DNA of 64,000 nucleotides from Eledone cirrhosa (lineage: Eukaryota). The notes under the pieces are model-generated. The model searched no databases. It was not told where the DNA came from and saw nothing but the letters and a program-made list of their open reading frames with translations. This document shows, piece after piece, positions 45,262 to 59,592 of this stretch. Numbering within the stretch: position 1 is the stretch's first letter; each line of letters opens with the position of its first letter. The position numbers and the translations under genes are program-made. The DNA lies in assembly GCA_964016885.1 (NCBI GenBank), contig OZ024741.1, positions 329,034,001-329,098,000 on the forward strand. Direction: 5' to 3'.

Positions 45262-45384
45262 TAACAAGTAATAGCAGATACATGTATACATATACGTAAG
45301 TATATAGATACATATAAAAGTGTCCATCAATTACAACTTTTGCTCAATTAATGAATTAACTAAATCATTAATCAATTAGTTAGA

Positions 45385-46213
<829 letters not shown>

Positions 46214-46759
46214 AATAGAGTAAGAAGCGCGGGATTGCGTACGGTTTATAATTTTTTATCCCGTTAGTAAAATAAGTTGGATGATTTTGAATAAATAATG
46301 GATGAATATTACATAATTTATCTACTAAATTTCGTGGCTGTTCATTAAATATATTTTATTATTTATTTAAAGATTCACTTCTTTAAAATGTTCAAATGGC
46401 CACACTTCCTGTGGTGATCGCTTAAATAAACATACTAATTTTCTGTCACTAATTTTCTCCTAATGCAGTTTATATGTAATATCGTCTTTTTTTAAATATA
46501 TCATGGATTACGGTACTGATTACTATGTATATTGTCAATTACGATTGTATTTGATGTATCATATCTACATGTATATATACTTGCGTATAATATCAATATA
46601 CACTCTACACATGCTAGCAGAAAACCACCCGAGGGTTGTTTTTCTACTAGTATATATAATTATATATATATAGGTGTATAGGTGCAATATAATTGCGTCC
46701 GTAGGCGGTATGCCGGGTGAACACACGATGCTCTCGCAGAGCAGAGTATAATTGTATAA

Positions 46760-47045
46760 GAATAAAGGAACAAAGAATCAATATTGCATCATAACATATT
46801 TAATAACATAAGATAATACATATGTTTAACTGTTGATCGACTCGAGGAACGATCTATTAGTGATCGAACCTGACTCCTGAATCGAAAGATCCTCAGATAT
46901 GCTTTAATATGTAAGACGAGCATACATATTGAGGCATATCTGAGGATCTTTCGATTCCAGAGTCAGCTTCGATCAATAATAGATCGTTCCTCGAGCTGAT
47001 CGACAGTGGAACATATGTATTATGTTATTAAATATGTGATGATTC
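46760..47045. mobile_element. PLE-like family E palindrome with decayed long-stem hammerheads at 46811-46902 (-) and 46934-47025 (+)
   Basis: gcatat CTGAGGA ...long stem... GGAA/TAAA catatg TA ttat; homologous to 11347 and 24940-25025. Confidence 0.7.
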
Positions 47046-47089
47046 AACAAAAGAAATTCAAAATACAACTGGAGGTTTTTAAGAATATT

Positions 47090-47605
47090 TGTGTTTTTAA
47101 GAATATGCTGTGTATGTTAAAACGTTGTGCTTGCTAAAACGTTGTTTGTTATAGCGTTGTATTTGCTAAAATGTGGCGTTTGTTAAACCACATTTGTAAA
47201 TACTTTGTCTTCGTTAAAACGTTGCCTTTGTCAAAACGTTGTGTTAGTTAAAACGATGTGTTTGTTAAAATGTCGTGTTTGTTATAACGTAGTATTTGTC
47301 AATATGTTGTGTTTATTAAAACGCCGTCTTTGTTAAAACGTTGTGATTGTTATAAAGTTTATTTGTTAAAACGATGTGTTTGTTAAAACGATGTGTTTGT
47401 TATAACGTTGTTTGTTAAAACGTTGTATTTGTTAAGACGATGTTTGTTAAAAGGTTATGTTTGTTAAAACGATGTGTTTGTTAAAACGTTATGTTTGTCA
47501 AAACGATGTGTTTGTTAAAACGATGTGTTTGATAAACGTTGTGTTTGTTATAACGTTGTTTGTTAAAACGTTGTTTGTTAAAACGTTTTGTTTTTTAAAA
47601 CGATA
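47090..47605. repeat. ~19 bp degenerate minisatellite
   Basis: Unit ttgttaaaacg(a/t)tgtgt, roughly 25 copies. Confidence 0.85.
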
Positions 47606-47990
47606 CTTTTGGTAATACTTGCATATTTCTATTTTGAAAAGGGAAATAAAAATGAAAACAAGTTAATGAAAAAATAATAAAATTAACTCTTTCATAATTA
47701 TATCATTACTCTCTAAATACGTTGAGACAACAAATTTAAAATACACTCCTCTCCCTTTTGAGCAACCGTTATACACACGCATACAAATACACACAGGCAC
47801 AGACAAACGCACACACACTCACACAAACACACACAAATACATACACATGCACATACAAACACACAAACACATACACACAAATACACAAACATACAAAAAC
47901 ACAGATACACAAAAACACAGATACACATACTGAAATCTTCCATATTTGCTTGCCGTCTTTTTAGGTTTTGTCTGTTTTGTTTCATTGTAG

Positions 47991-48730
47991 GTGTTTGGTA
48001 GTGGTGGTGTTAGTGGTGGTGATGGAGGTGGTAGTGGTGGTGATGGTGGTGGTGGTGGTGGTGGTAGTAGAGCTGATGTTAGTGATGGTGGTAATAGTGG
48101 TGATAGGAATGGTGGTGGTAGTGGTGGAGGTAGTTGTTTCGTAATGGTGGTGGTGGTGGTAGAAGTGGTGATAGTGGCGGTGGGGATGGTGTTGGTAGCG
48201 GTAGTGGAAGTTGTGGTGGTAGCAGTGGTGGTAGCTGTGGTAGTGCTGATAGTAGAATTGCTGGTCATGATGGTGGTAATTGTGGTGGTAGTGGTGGTGG
48301 TAGGGTTTGTGGTAATAGTGATGGTAGGAATGATGGTGGTGGTTGTAGTGGTGGTGGTAGTGGTGGTGGTAGTGGTGGTGGTAGGGTTTGTGGTAATGGT
48401 GATGGTAAGAATGATGGTGGTGGTTGTAGTGGTGGTGGTAGAGTTTGTGGTAATAGTGATGGTAGGAATGATGGTGGTGGTTGTAGTGGTGGTGGTAGTG
48501 GTGGTGGTAGTGTTGGTGGTAGGGTTTGTGGTAATGGTGATGGTAAGAATGATGGTGGTGGTTGTAGTGGTGGTGGTAGAGTTTGTGGTAATAGTGATGG
48601 TAGGAATGATGGTGGTGGTTGTAGTGGTGGTGGTAGTGGTGGTGGTAGTGGTGGTGGTAGGCATTGTGGTAATGGTGATGGTAGGAGTGATGGTGGTGGT
48701 TGTAGTGGGAATGTTGATGGTGGGGGTGAT
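47991..48730. repeat. GGT-rich low-complexity tract with higher-order repeats
   Basis: Repeated gtttgtggtaatagtgatggtaggaatgatggtggtggttgtagt. Confidence 0.85.
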
Positions 48731-48879
48731 ATTTATCATTTTGTTCTTGTTTTGTGGTATATTTTTTGTTTGTTTAACTGCGACTCTTAGAGTTTTTTTT
48801 ATTTGATTCGAAATTAATTACTGGAATGTGGAAATTGTTCTGTTTCCGGTGAAAGGTAATTATAGTTAGCATTTCTCGC

Positions 48880-48923
<44 letters not shown>

Positions 48924-49171
48924 TTTCTTTATTAACCACAAGGATTCACATAAAGTAGACATTAAGGACAGTGCAGGACAATACAGGACGGTACAAATGG
49001 GCATTTCTGCGTGTAAAAAACAAAAACAGAGGATGTAACAAAAAATAACAATGAAAAATTCCCCAATAGTGGGGAGACTTCGGAGGCATATTTGTGGAGA
49101 AAGCCCAGTAAAAGGCCACAATGACCCTGACCACCAAGGCAAGTGCCCTCTCCCAGTTTTCCACCTTTAAT

Positions 49172-52100
49172 TTACAGATATATACTCAGAGTAGGCCCAT
49201 TCACTCGGGCCATTCTTGCTTCTCTCACCCATCTTTCAACAAAATGCTGGGAAGAGAGCACTTCCCTCTCTACCCTGATTTTCCTTTTCAAATGAAATTT
49301 GAAAAAGTTGATCAGGGCATCACCGAAGAGATAACAGCTCGTCTTCAGCCCTTTCAAACGTGTCCACCATACTATCTCTTTCGCCATGGCCACCAGACAG
49401 GTAAAAACTGCCTGCCCTTCCCGGCTAAAGGAGGAGGGCGGGGCAATCCTCACGATGGACTCAGATGATAGCCGGATCCGTCCTACACGCGACAGCAGGT
49501 GTTAGACATAAACCCACAAGTCAGCAATTTCCGAGTGCGTGCAGGACGGTTTCGTCGCCCTGCGCGCATCTCGGACATGCCCGGCTGACGGCACCTCCAT
49601 GCCTGTAGAGTTTATCCCGAATTGGCAAGGCTCCTCGGTAGCACTGCCAGGCCAGAGATTTCTGGAAGTTGTCCATAGGCCCTGGCCCGAAAGTTCTTCC
49701 GAAGAGATTGACTAGTTGATTTTCGTCGACGCCTAGAGGTTCCCCAAGTACATCGTCGCTCTTCCCCTCCACTAATCCTCTATAGAACGCCGAGGTGGAG
49801 TTTCCACCGATCACATTGCCCGATTGGTCGAGGGCTGTGAGCGCCTGAAGACATTCCAGTCTCCAGGCGCTCCCTCTCGGTCTTCGCTTGACCCAGGACT
49901 GCAGCTCCGTCAAGGAAACGAGTTGGGGAAATACGTGTCTAGCAAACGGCGACCACACCTGATCACCGTCGAGGAAGAGGTGGAGATGTCGTAGCCTGAG
50001 CGCGTGCCTGCGCATCATCAGCCACGGCATGCCCAGCCCTCCACGTAGCGGGTGTTGACAACAGATGGACCGCCTGACCATCGGAGCGCGTCCCTTCCAC
50101 AAAAAGCGAAAGAGCAAACGCTCCAGCGCAGTCAGGCGAGGCTTAGGACAAGGTACGACGGTCAGGCGGTAGCAGATGACGGACGCGATGTACGCGTTAG
50201 CCACATCCGCTCGAACTTTCATGGATAGTTTCCTCTCCGCCCATTTCTGGGTGAGAGAAGCCACCCTGCTCGTCACCTCGTCCCAGTTTTTGTCCATCTG
50301 GAGGTCCGGACCGAACCAGACCCTTAGCAATTTAACCGGTCCTTCCGTCCAGCGTCCGACGACGCTGTTGGACGGCATGGACCTGCCTCTCCAGGTGCCG
50401 AGCTGCAGGCCCACTGACTTTTCCTGGTTGATCATTGCTCCTGTCACCGCTTCGTATTCTCTTAGTGTAGTTCCGGTCGCCTCGATGTGTTTGGCGTTCG
50501 ACACCACTACAGTGACATCGTCCTCATATGCTGACACGGATCTTCCGCATCCTTGTTCGCGCGGGACGCCCCTCAACGTCTCCAGTTTGTGCAGTAATGG
50601 CTCGAGAGTCAATACGTACAAGAGGGACGAGAGGGGACATCCTTGGTGGACCGAGCGCATGATGTTGAACGGTTCCGACAGGTGACCGTTCACTCTCACC
50701 ACAGAGCAGATGTCGCTGTGCATGGCAGCGATCCAGCCTCTGAAGACGGGCCCAAAGCCAGCCGCCCTCAGGACTGCCGCTAGGTAACGATGGTCAACCC
50801 TATCGAAAGCTTTCGACTTATCTAAATTGATCAAGGACCCACCCGTGCCAGGTTCCCTAGCTACCCTTTCTACGATGTATCGCATGAGGTGGAGGTTGTC
50901 GTGGATGGATCTGTCGGGAATGGCCCATATCTGCGCCTCTCCCACCAGACCACCAACGACAAGCGCCAACCTCTTTGCTAGCACCTTGGCCAAAATCTTG
51001 AACTCTGTGATTAGCAGAGTTATGGGCCGGAAATTGTCTATGTTATCCCCCTTGTTCGGATCCTTTCTCAGCAGCGCCACCGCTCCTCGGCTCACAGAAC
51101 TGGGAATTCTCCTGTTCTGTTGCCAGTTGCAGTAGACGTCCGCCAAGAGGCCTCCGAACAAGTCTGGCATCTGTACGTAAAGTTCATAGGGCAGACCATC
51201 CAAACCAGGTGATTTACCCCTTGTGCATCTAGTCATTGCCTCCCTTACTTCAGCGGCTGTTATCGGCTTTTCGCAACACTCCGCCTCAGTGGCCGAGAGC
51301 CGCGGCAGTCCGTCGAGGTAGACACTAAAGTCCATCACTCGACCCGGACCACCGCTGCCCCCGAACAGCTGAGCGAAGTGTCGCTGAAAAGCTTCACACA
51401 TTTCTCGGAATCGAGTAGCATGCGCCCGTCGTGGTCCACCAAAGACCGGATCGTGGCTTTGTTGCCACGACGCGCCTCCGCCACTCGAGCCCATTGAACG
51501 GCTTTCGTCCCCTCGTGTCTGAGAGCACGCACACTAGCTCTGACAACGCAGCCTTCGTGCTTTGCATTGAAGAATTTGTCAAGGGCCAGTTTCGCCGCAA
51601 GCACGTCGGTCGCAATGCCTTTGCTAAGCGCCTCGTCTAATTTTCTAACTAGTTCTCCCTCTGCTCTATTTTTCTCTATTGCTAAAGCCTTACTAAACCT
51701 AATCGATTCTATTCTAATCGCTCTTTTCAGAGCAAACCACCACTTTTTGTTGACGATGGCCCCCGTCAACGCCCGCTTAACTAGTTCGCTAATCCGGTCT
51801 CTGTAGGCCTTGCGTGCTGGTAAGGACGCGTTTAGCTTCCAGTAGCCGGGTCCTCGTCTATGAAGCCTATCTAAGTCAAGCACACAGATCACGAATTTGT
51901 GGTCCGTGTAGCTGACTATCTTGAATTGTGGACAGCCTATGCTAGACCTATCTATTTCCCTACAAAATACTCTATCTAAATATGATCTGGATGACCCTAT
52001 GCGATTTGTCCAAGTCCACATTGGCACATTCAGGAAATCCAATCGGTACCTGTCAGACAGTTCAAAACGCCTGAGCAAGTTGGTGAGGCTCTTGCACCCT

Positions 52101-52580
52101 CCACCCCTATCCGCTAATCCCACACAGTCCCAGTGTGCATCTAAGATCCCGTTCCAGTCGCCCACTAACACTAAAGAGCGGGACGTTCCAAGAAAGGTCT
52201 CCAGACGCCGGAAGAAATCAGGCCGCCCTGCCCCTGTCGGGGCATAGACGGCCACTAGCCTAAAAGCTTGCCCGTCTCCGCTGGTCACGTCCAGCACCAC
52301 CAACTTACCCTCTGGGTCCAGGAAGATGGCCCGTATGGCGAGATCCAAACCTCTCCGAAAAAGCACAGCAACTCCTCCCCCCCGGTCCAGGACGGCTGGG
52401 AGATGCGTACACATCGTAGCCGCCGAAGATCGGTGCGAAGGCCCGTGTTTCGGAGATTCTGGTCTCGCTGATGGCCACTACATCTATGTTTAGTGACCTG
52501 AGGTCGTTGAGCAGGTGACCCTGCTTTCATGACGACCCCAAGCCACGCGCATTTATGCTGCCTATTCTGAGTGAGGTCAT
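49172..52580 (-). pseudogene. Tx1-like ORF2, AP endonuclease + RT + zinc finger, disrupted
   Basis: SINARGL, AISETR, VYAP, GDWN, SYLDR, TDH, GPGYWKLN, SPGLDGLP, FRPITLL, KAFDRVDH, QGCPLS, YEDD (mutated YADD), CPRC..ETVLH; several frameshifts and a stop. Confidence 0.9.
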
Positions 52581-54656
52581 GTTTAAAATGGAGTGGAAAA
52601 GATCGGAAAGACCACTTACCGGACTTTTCGTAGAGGAGGAGTTGTTTCTCCATCCCTTTTCACTTGAATCGTCCCTTCGGCTGGTCATCGGCTCTTCTAT
52701 GAGTATGTCCGAATATACTCTCCGGTTGAGAGTCCCTCCTAGGTCTCTGAAATCACCAACTGTGTTGGGGAATTTCGTTTTAATGTTTGTGTATTGTTTC
52801 TGTGCTATTTTTACCAGTCTTATGTTAGTTGGCGTTTTGATTGGTGCTGGTATTATGTAGTCGTGCTGTGAAATGTCTGTGTGTTCAATTATGTAAGTCA
52901 TTAGTTTCTTGATGTGTGTATTTATTGCCGTGCATTTGTTTTTCTGGGGGTGGGGTGTGGTTCTGCTATTTTCTTGTCGTTGTTGCTGGGTGTGTGTGTT
53001 TTGTTGTTGTGTTTGCGATGTTGGTGCTTGTGGTGGTGGTGTTGAAGGTGCTGTTGTTGTTGGCGGTGGGGTTGTCGCCGGTGGTGATGGTAGTGCTAGT
53101 GTGGGTGGTGATGATGTTGGTGGTGTTGCTGCTGTGAGTCTCTTTGCAGTAGCCTTTACCATTTTTTCATTTCTTTCCTCCCTTTTCGAAGGCGACGATG
53201 CGCTGCTTCTGCGTTTGTGCCTTCTTACGACCTTTTGCCATCCCTCTCCCACCTCACACTCCATATCTGATTCTGTGAGGTCGGGGAGGGGTACCAGCTC
53301 CACTCTTTCACTTCTTGTTGTTGGTGATGTTTGCACTGGAGTCTCTGTTGCAGCTGCATTTTGTATTGCTGTTGTTGTTGTTAATACTTCCACTGCTGCT
53401 GCTGTTTTTGATTTCCGTGGTGTGGGTATGGGTGCCACGGACCTATCGTTCCAGGTTGCCGCTTGTCCTGTTGCTGGTTGCCGTGGAGTCGGTTTCAGAA
53501 GGAGGGGGGTTTTCTCTTTTCTCAGGGTCTTCTCGTTGCACAAGGCCCTGAGGTGAGTCTTCGATCCACAGCGAAAGCATTTCGGGCGTTTGCCCTCAAC
53601 ACTTATGGGCAGTTGAGTGCCGTTATCGAAGTCTATCACATCCGGGATAGCTTCGATGTACTCCTGGTTGGTTTGGATTAACATCTCAATGGAGGTGCCG
53701 ACCCAATCTTCTCTTACTTTTTTCTGTACTTGCAGTACAGTTGTTTTATCCTCGATTCCGACGAGGACAGACGCGGCCAGCCAAGGAGGGGCTATCTCGG
53801 GGGGGGGGGACAGTTTGACCCTCACAATTTTTTGCCCGCAGTAGGAGGGCACCATTTCCTCTCTTCTTAGGGTCACTAAGGATTGAGCCTTTGCCTCCTG
53901 GGGTGTGGCAAAAAGCACGTCTACGGTGGCATATTTCTTGCCTCGGGTGATATGCGTTTTCCGCTGCCACACAGACCCTAAGGCTTTTTGCATTTGAGCC
54001 TCTGTGGTTCTTTCAACCCTACGGGATTTTGTGCTTACTGTACGGTACGTGACCGTACAGTGCTGTTGGGTTTCGAAAAAATGTTCGGCTGCCTTGCAGA
54101 TTGCTCGGTGTCCGGTTTTCGTCACCATCTTCTTCGCTTCCTCTAATTCCTCATTTGTTATGAGGATGGTTTCCAGGTTCTTTGCGATACCTGCAAACGA
54201 GATTGGTTTTTCTTTGCTGCTGTTGTTGTTGTCGTCAGAGCTGCTGTTACTTTTGTTGTTGCTGCAGGTACTACGACTACTGCCGCCGCCGCTGTTGTTG
54301 TTTTCCTTGTCACTGTTGCTGCTGCTGCTGCTGTTATTACGGCTGCTACTGCTATTATTCATGACGTCAGACGAATGAAATGGGTTTTCGTATTTCCCGC
54401 ACACCTTTTTCGTCGTTGTCGTCGTCGTCGTGGAGAAATTTTGCACGCTTTGCACGTGATTTTTCTTCTTTACTGGCGTCGCTTGCGAAAGAGAAAGGAG
54501 GGAGAGAGACACATTTAGAGAAGGGAGCGAGAGAGACAATCTTCTCTCTGGTGTAGTGACGATTGAGGAAGAAGAAGACGGAATGAGTGGGAGTGATCTA
54601 TGAAAATACTTTTTCGTAGCCATGTTTTTTTTGTTTAAAATAAATATTGGGCACAA
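52527..54656 (-). CDS. Tx1-like ORF1 (gag-like zinc knuckle), running in frame into the start of the endonuclease
   Basis: VEGKRPKCFRCGSKTHLRALC (CX2CX4HX4C); ends MTSLRIGSINARGLGSS. Confidence 0.8.
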   Translation of the reverse strand: MCPIFILNKKNMATKKYFHRSLPLIPSSSSSIVTTPERRLSLSLPSLNVSLSLLSLSQATPVKKKNHVQSVQNFSTTTTTTTKKVCGKYENPFHSSDVMNNSSSSRNNSSSSSNSDKENNNSGGGSSRSTCSNNKSNSSSDDNNNSSKEKPISFAGIAKNLETILITNEELEEAKKMVTKTGHRAICKAAEHFFETQQHCTVTYRTVSTKSRRVERTTEAQMQKALGSVWQRKTHITRGKKYATVDVLFATPQEAKAQSLVTLRREEMVPSYCGQKIVRVKLSPPPEIAPPWLAASVLVGIEDKTTVLQVQKKVREDWVGTSIEMLIQTNQEYIEAIPDVIDFDNGTQLPISVEGKRPKCFRCGSKTHLRALCNEKTLRKEKTPLLLKPTPRQPATGQAATWNDRSVAPIPTPRKSKTAAAVEVLTTTTAIQNAAATETPVQTSPTTRSERVELVPLPDLTESDMECEVGEGWQKVVRRHKRRSSASSPSKREERNEKMVKATAKRLTAATPPTSSPPTLALPSPPATTPPPTTTAPSTPPPQAPTSQTQQQNTHTQQQRQENSRTTPHPQKNKCTAINTHIKKLMTYIIEHTDISQHDYIIPAPIKTPTNIRLVKIAQKQYTNIKTKFPNTVGDFRDLGGTLNRRVYSDILIEEPMTSRRDDSSEKGWRNNSSSTKSPVSGLSDLFHSILNMTSLRIGSINARGLGSS

Positions 54657-54880
54657 AACCCCAATAAGCGGTTATTTAACCCCGAAGGGCCAAATAACGG
54701 GCAGAAAGACCCCTCTCACGAAGAGGTGGGTGTTTTTGTCTACAATTTGATTAAAGTTTTAAACAATTTACAATTGTTATAGCGGTCAAAATTTACAATA
54801 CCTTATAGAGCCGAGCCTCCGTCAACCATAGCGTTCAATAATAATAATAATAATAATAACAATAATAATAATAATAATAA

Positions 54881-55900
54881 TATTTAGGTGTTCTGGAGAC
54901 AGATGGCATCAAGAACAAAAAAAATGAAGGAAATGATAAGATCTGAATACATTCGGAGAGTAAGGTGCGTATAAAAATCACATCTGAACAGTAGGAATGC
55001 CATAAGTGCAGTAAATTCCCGAGCTGTGTCCATTATTAGGTAGAGTGCAGGAATTCTCAGATGGAATGTTACTGAACAAAAAGAAATGGATAGGAAGACT
55101 AGGAAGCTATTGACTATCTACATGTTCCACAAGAGGAGTGATGTCGATAGACTCTACTTAAGGAGATCTGAAGGTGGAATAGGTTTTATCAGCATAGAGG
55201 ACTGTGTTCAGACGGAGCAAAACAACCTACACAAATACGTGACTGATAGTAGGGAGCCAATGCTCAGAATTGTACTTACGGAGATGAGAATAGACCAGGG
55301 ATGTCCAAGGATGAAATAAAAACAAGGAGGAGGAGCAACCTTCATGAAAAATCCCTTCATAGTACCTTCTTTGAGAAAACTGAATTTAGAGATCCACAGA
55401 CATGGAACTGGTTGAAAAGAGGAGACCTTAAAAATGCTACAGAAGGAATGCTAATGGCTGCGCAAGAGCAGGCTCTCAAAACGAAGTGGGAGAAACACCA
55501 TATTTACAAGGAACAGGCTAGCCCACTGTGTAGGATCTGTTGAGAGAGAGAGGAGACTGTGGCTCACATTGTATCCGAGTGTAAACATTGTATCCGAGGG
55601 AGAAAATTAACCGATACCAGGACTTAAAGTGGGAGGTAAAAAGGATTTGGAAGTGCCATGAAGTCAAAGTGGTCCCGATTGTCATAGACGCACTAGGAAC
55701 TATCTCAAAAAGTTTCCAGGGATGGTTAAAGAAAATTGGCCCCGCCCCGCTTTTTGGAACACTTCAAAATGCATGTTTGATGGGAACAGCAAGAACCCTC
55801 CGACACGTCCTGAATATCTGAGGCTGCAGGTAGTGGCTTGATATTCATTTCAACAAACTTTCCAGTTAACTAACATCAATGACTGAGACTCAAAGAACAA
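54881..55900 (+). mobile_element. 3' fragment of an R4/Dong-type RLE non-LTR element in (TAA)n
   Basis: MDRKTRKLLT..DVDRLYLRRSEGG, AAQEQAL, CRIC..ETVAHIVSEC, EKINRYQDL..VVPIVIDALG; internal deletion and stops. Confidence 0.85.
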
Positions 55901-55905
55901 TAATG

Positions 55906-55934
<29 letters not shown>

Positions 55935-55937
<3 letters not shown>

Positions 55938-56115
55938 TGTTTCTACTTTAGGCACAAGGCCAGCAATTACCCAGTTTATTACTGGTACTTTATTTTATCG
56001 ACCCCGTAAGGATGAAAGGCAAAGTCAACCTCGGCGGGATTTGAACTCAGAATGGCAAGGGCCGTAACTCTATGTGTTAAAGCATGGTGTCCGACCCTCT
56101 ACCGATACTGCCAAT
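55935..56115 (-). mobile_element. tRNA-derived SINE
   Basis: Same family as 10492; embedded in (AAT)n. Confidence 0.9.
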
Positions 56116-56124
56116 TCAATGATG

Positions 56125-56222
<98 letters not shown>

Positions 56223-57289
56223 AAGAAGAAGAAGAAGAAGAAGAAGAAGAAGAAGAAGAAGAAGAAGAAGAAGAAGAAGAAGAAGAAGAAGAAGAAGAAG
56301 AAGAAGAAGAAGAAGAAGAAGAAGAAGCACGAGGTTGTAGAAGGTCATGAAATCGCTCCCGTAAGTTTTTGATTTTTAACATATTTAAATCAATTGTGAA
56401 ATAACAATTCTTAGTACAAATGTTGCATAAACCACCGAATCAAGTCCCATAAAATTTCGGATCCATATTATATTGTTATATCGCTCAAATATTCAATTTT
56501 GTATTATATATTTTATATTCAAAAAAAGAAAATGGTTATAAATGGAAGAAAACATCCTCTGTCTACACTATATAGAACAGCCAAATCACAGCAATTTCAC
56601 CAACACCAGAAACTTGATACACCACCTACCCCATCACACTAAATATAACAGCCAGATAACGGCAATTTCACCACCACCACCACCAATCCCAGCATCATAA
56701 TAATAATTACTATTATTATTGTCTCAAGTTTTAACAAAATGTTTAATTCCAATTTTACGGGAATATGTCAACACAATATATATTAAACATACGAACACAA
56801 ACTCATAGATACTACATATCACAAAACTCAGTAACGACAACGCCACCGCCGCCACCACTACATCCATCATTGCTACCACTATACCATCACCGCCGCCACC
56901 ACTCCTTCATTGCTACCACCACTATTCCCCTGTTAACTTGAGAGAGAAAGGGGAAGGTGGCGGTATCACTAGACAAGGGAGAGGCTAGCAAAAGATATAA
57001 ATAGATTGACTTAGTGACCTGGCCACCGGCCAAACGTCAACATCAACAACTATGGCACTGCTGGCTCACCCCTTCCTCACCAACAATATAAAAAGCCCCG
57101 GCACCACCACCGACATAGCCAACAACAATAACAGGCAACTTCAGCAAAAAGTATATTATATTATTGTAATGCACTGGGTGATTGCTGGCCTTGTGCCTGG
57201 AGTGGAGACAATTATTAATAATTTCATTCTTAAGCCACGCAATGCTCACATTAAGGAACCACTCATGATAATAACAATTTAAAAAAACA

Positions 57290-59477
57290 ACAAAAAGAAA
57301 ACCCCGTGACCAAGAAATACCGGGATGGCGGCCGGCGGGGAATAGCCGTGTCTCTTGGGGAGAACGACCCCTCTAGTCTTGGTTGACACTCGTTCTAGAA
57401 GTGGTAACACGAAATGATTACCCCTTGGCGGATAAGGATAAAACACGACAAAATAAAGTAAATGTCTAATGATAAAATCTCATACCGGATCGGCCGTCAC
57501 CCGGGTAAAAAAGGGCCGCGTCCCTCAGAGAGGAACCAGACTGGGGTCGAAAAATCAGCTAATGGTTCAAACCTTCCCATCACTTCGGAGCTGGAGACCT
57601 CCCATAACCGGAATACTCCTACTGTTGGCCCTCCATGCTCACCACCAAGAAATCCAAAGAAAAAGAGAGAAAAATGGTCAAGGGAAGATAATAAAGAAGT
57701 CCTTGAGGCTTTCTACACTGCCATGTACTACCCATCAAATACATCGAATACAGAACAGACATATATCAACTGGAAAAAGAAACATCCTGAAAACAGAGGC
57801 TATATTGACAGTAACAAACTAGCCAATATACGAAGAAATATTGTAAGAAAAAAGTTACTAACTGATATAGAAATTGATCAGATCAAGCTATTAGCACAAA
57901 GTCAGCGAAGGGAAAATGAAACATGTGTCAGTGAAAACGAGGTAAACTGTAACACTTCGAATCCCAGGGTTGGGGCGGAATCACTGGCAACAGAACAAAT
58001 TAAAGAAAGGATCGAAAAAGTGGAGGGAGTGCATGCTCAAGATGAAACTGCAAATGAAAATAATAAAATCGTAAATGATAAAGAAATGAATGAGAATGAA
58101 CTTGCCAACTTGAAGGATGAAATTATGATCGAATGGATGAAAATGAAAGAATCTGACATGGGGCAACGAGACACCCTCCCTAAGATCCAGAACTCCAAAC
58201 AGAACCAAAAGATAATACACAAGACTAACATAATTCTCAAAAACATTATCATCACAAACAAACTAAACATTACTGATTTAAATCATCTCTATTATGCATC
58301 GGCTAAAGTCACCACTCACTTATGTGGAGTGAAGATGAAAAAACAAAGGAATTCGCACAAGAAATCTACTTGGCAAGAGAACATCAATCGCCAAATAAAC
58401 CTTCTCCGATCTGACATAGAAATTTTAAAAAACTATAAAGTAGGTGAACATGTTAAACAAACTAAACTTAGAAAATTGAAAAAAAAGTACAGTATAAAAT
58501 CAACATGTGACATAGACATGCTGATAGAAATAATCAAGCAAAAAGTGTCGGCCAAAGCTGCCCGTATAAGGCGCTTTGAAAAACGATCTAGATTCTAGGA
58601 CAATAATATGTTCAAAAACAACCAAAGAAACTTCTACAGAAAAATTGGTAAGTCAACAATAACTGCTAAATCAATACCACCCAAGGAGGAAGTGCAAGAA
58701 TTCTGGGAAAAGGTCTGGGCCGAAGAAAAAGTTCATAACATACATGCCCCATGAATAGACAGACAAATGAAAGATACAGCTCACCGTGAGGAACAAATAT
58801 GGGAAAATATAACAGTTGAAGAGTTGCGCTTGGCTCTAAGAAAAACCAGCAAATGGAAATCCCCAGGAAAAGACAAAATACAAAACTTTTGGATAAATGC
58901 CTTCACAGAGTCTCATGAGCTGTTAGCCCAACTTTACAATGAAATAGTTAAGGAGCCAGAAAAGATACCATCATGGCTAGTTAACGGCATTACATTCCTG
59001 CTTCCGAGGAATGATGAGACAAACAATCCCAAAAATTACAGACCGATAACTTGCTTGACCACAATGTATAAAATTTTAACATCAGTCCTAACTGAATACA
59101 CATATGACCACCTGATAACAAATGACCTATTTCCCATTGAGCAGAAAGGGTGTAAACGAGGCTCATATGGCTGTAAGGATCAGCTTCTGGTTAACAAAAT
59201 GATACTGGAAGATTGTCATAATAGAGACAAAAATCTATCGATTGCTTCGATAGATTATAAAAAAGCATTCGATAGTTTGCCACACAGTTGGATTGAAAAA
59301 TGTTTAGAGATTTTCAAAATATCCCCCGTTGTCAGGAGGTTTTTGTCATTCAGTATGAAGACATGGAAAACGACAGTCCGTTTGAATAGTGAAACAAAAT
59401 CACTGGAAGCTGGAGAAGTTAATATTAATTGTGGAATTTTTCAGGGTGACTCTTTATCACCGCTTTTATTCTGCATC
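57290..59477 (+). mobile_element. 5' portion of an R4/Dong-type non-LTR element (ORFs 57462-58598, 58767-59477)
   Basis: KREKWSREDNKEVLEAFY N-terminus; WKSPGKD, NYRPITCL, EQKGC, IDYKKAFDS, GIFQGDSLSPLLFC, truncated there. Confidence 0.85.
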
Positions 59478-59592
59478 GATAATATTCAATATGCATATTT
59501 GATAATATTCAATATGCATAAACTCGTTCAGGAAATAACATCACACGTCCGGTCGGTCCCTCATATCAAGAAATGTAAACCATTTCCAAATA

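Larger units (their letters stand above)
48921..54838 (-). mobile_element. apparently full-length Tx1/L1-clade LINE in (AAT)n
   Basis: ORF1 plus APE-RT-CCHC; AATAAA immediately before a (TTA)n tail; (AAT)n on both flanks. Confidence 0.9.

Noticed and set aside
50176-54378. Plus-strand ORFs overlapping the Tx1 element
   Set aside because: Antisense shadows of a GC-rich coding sequence.
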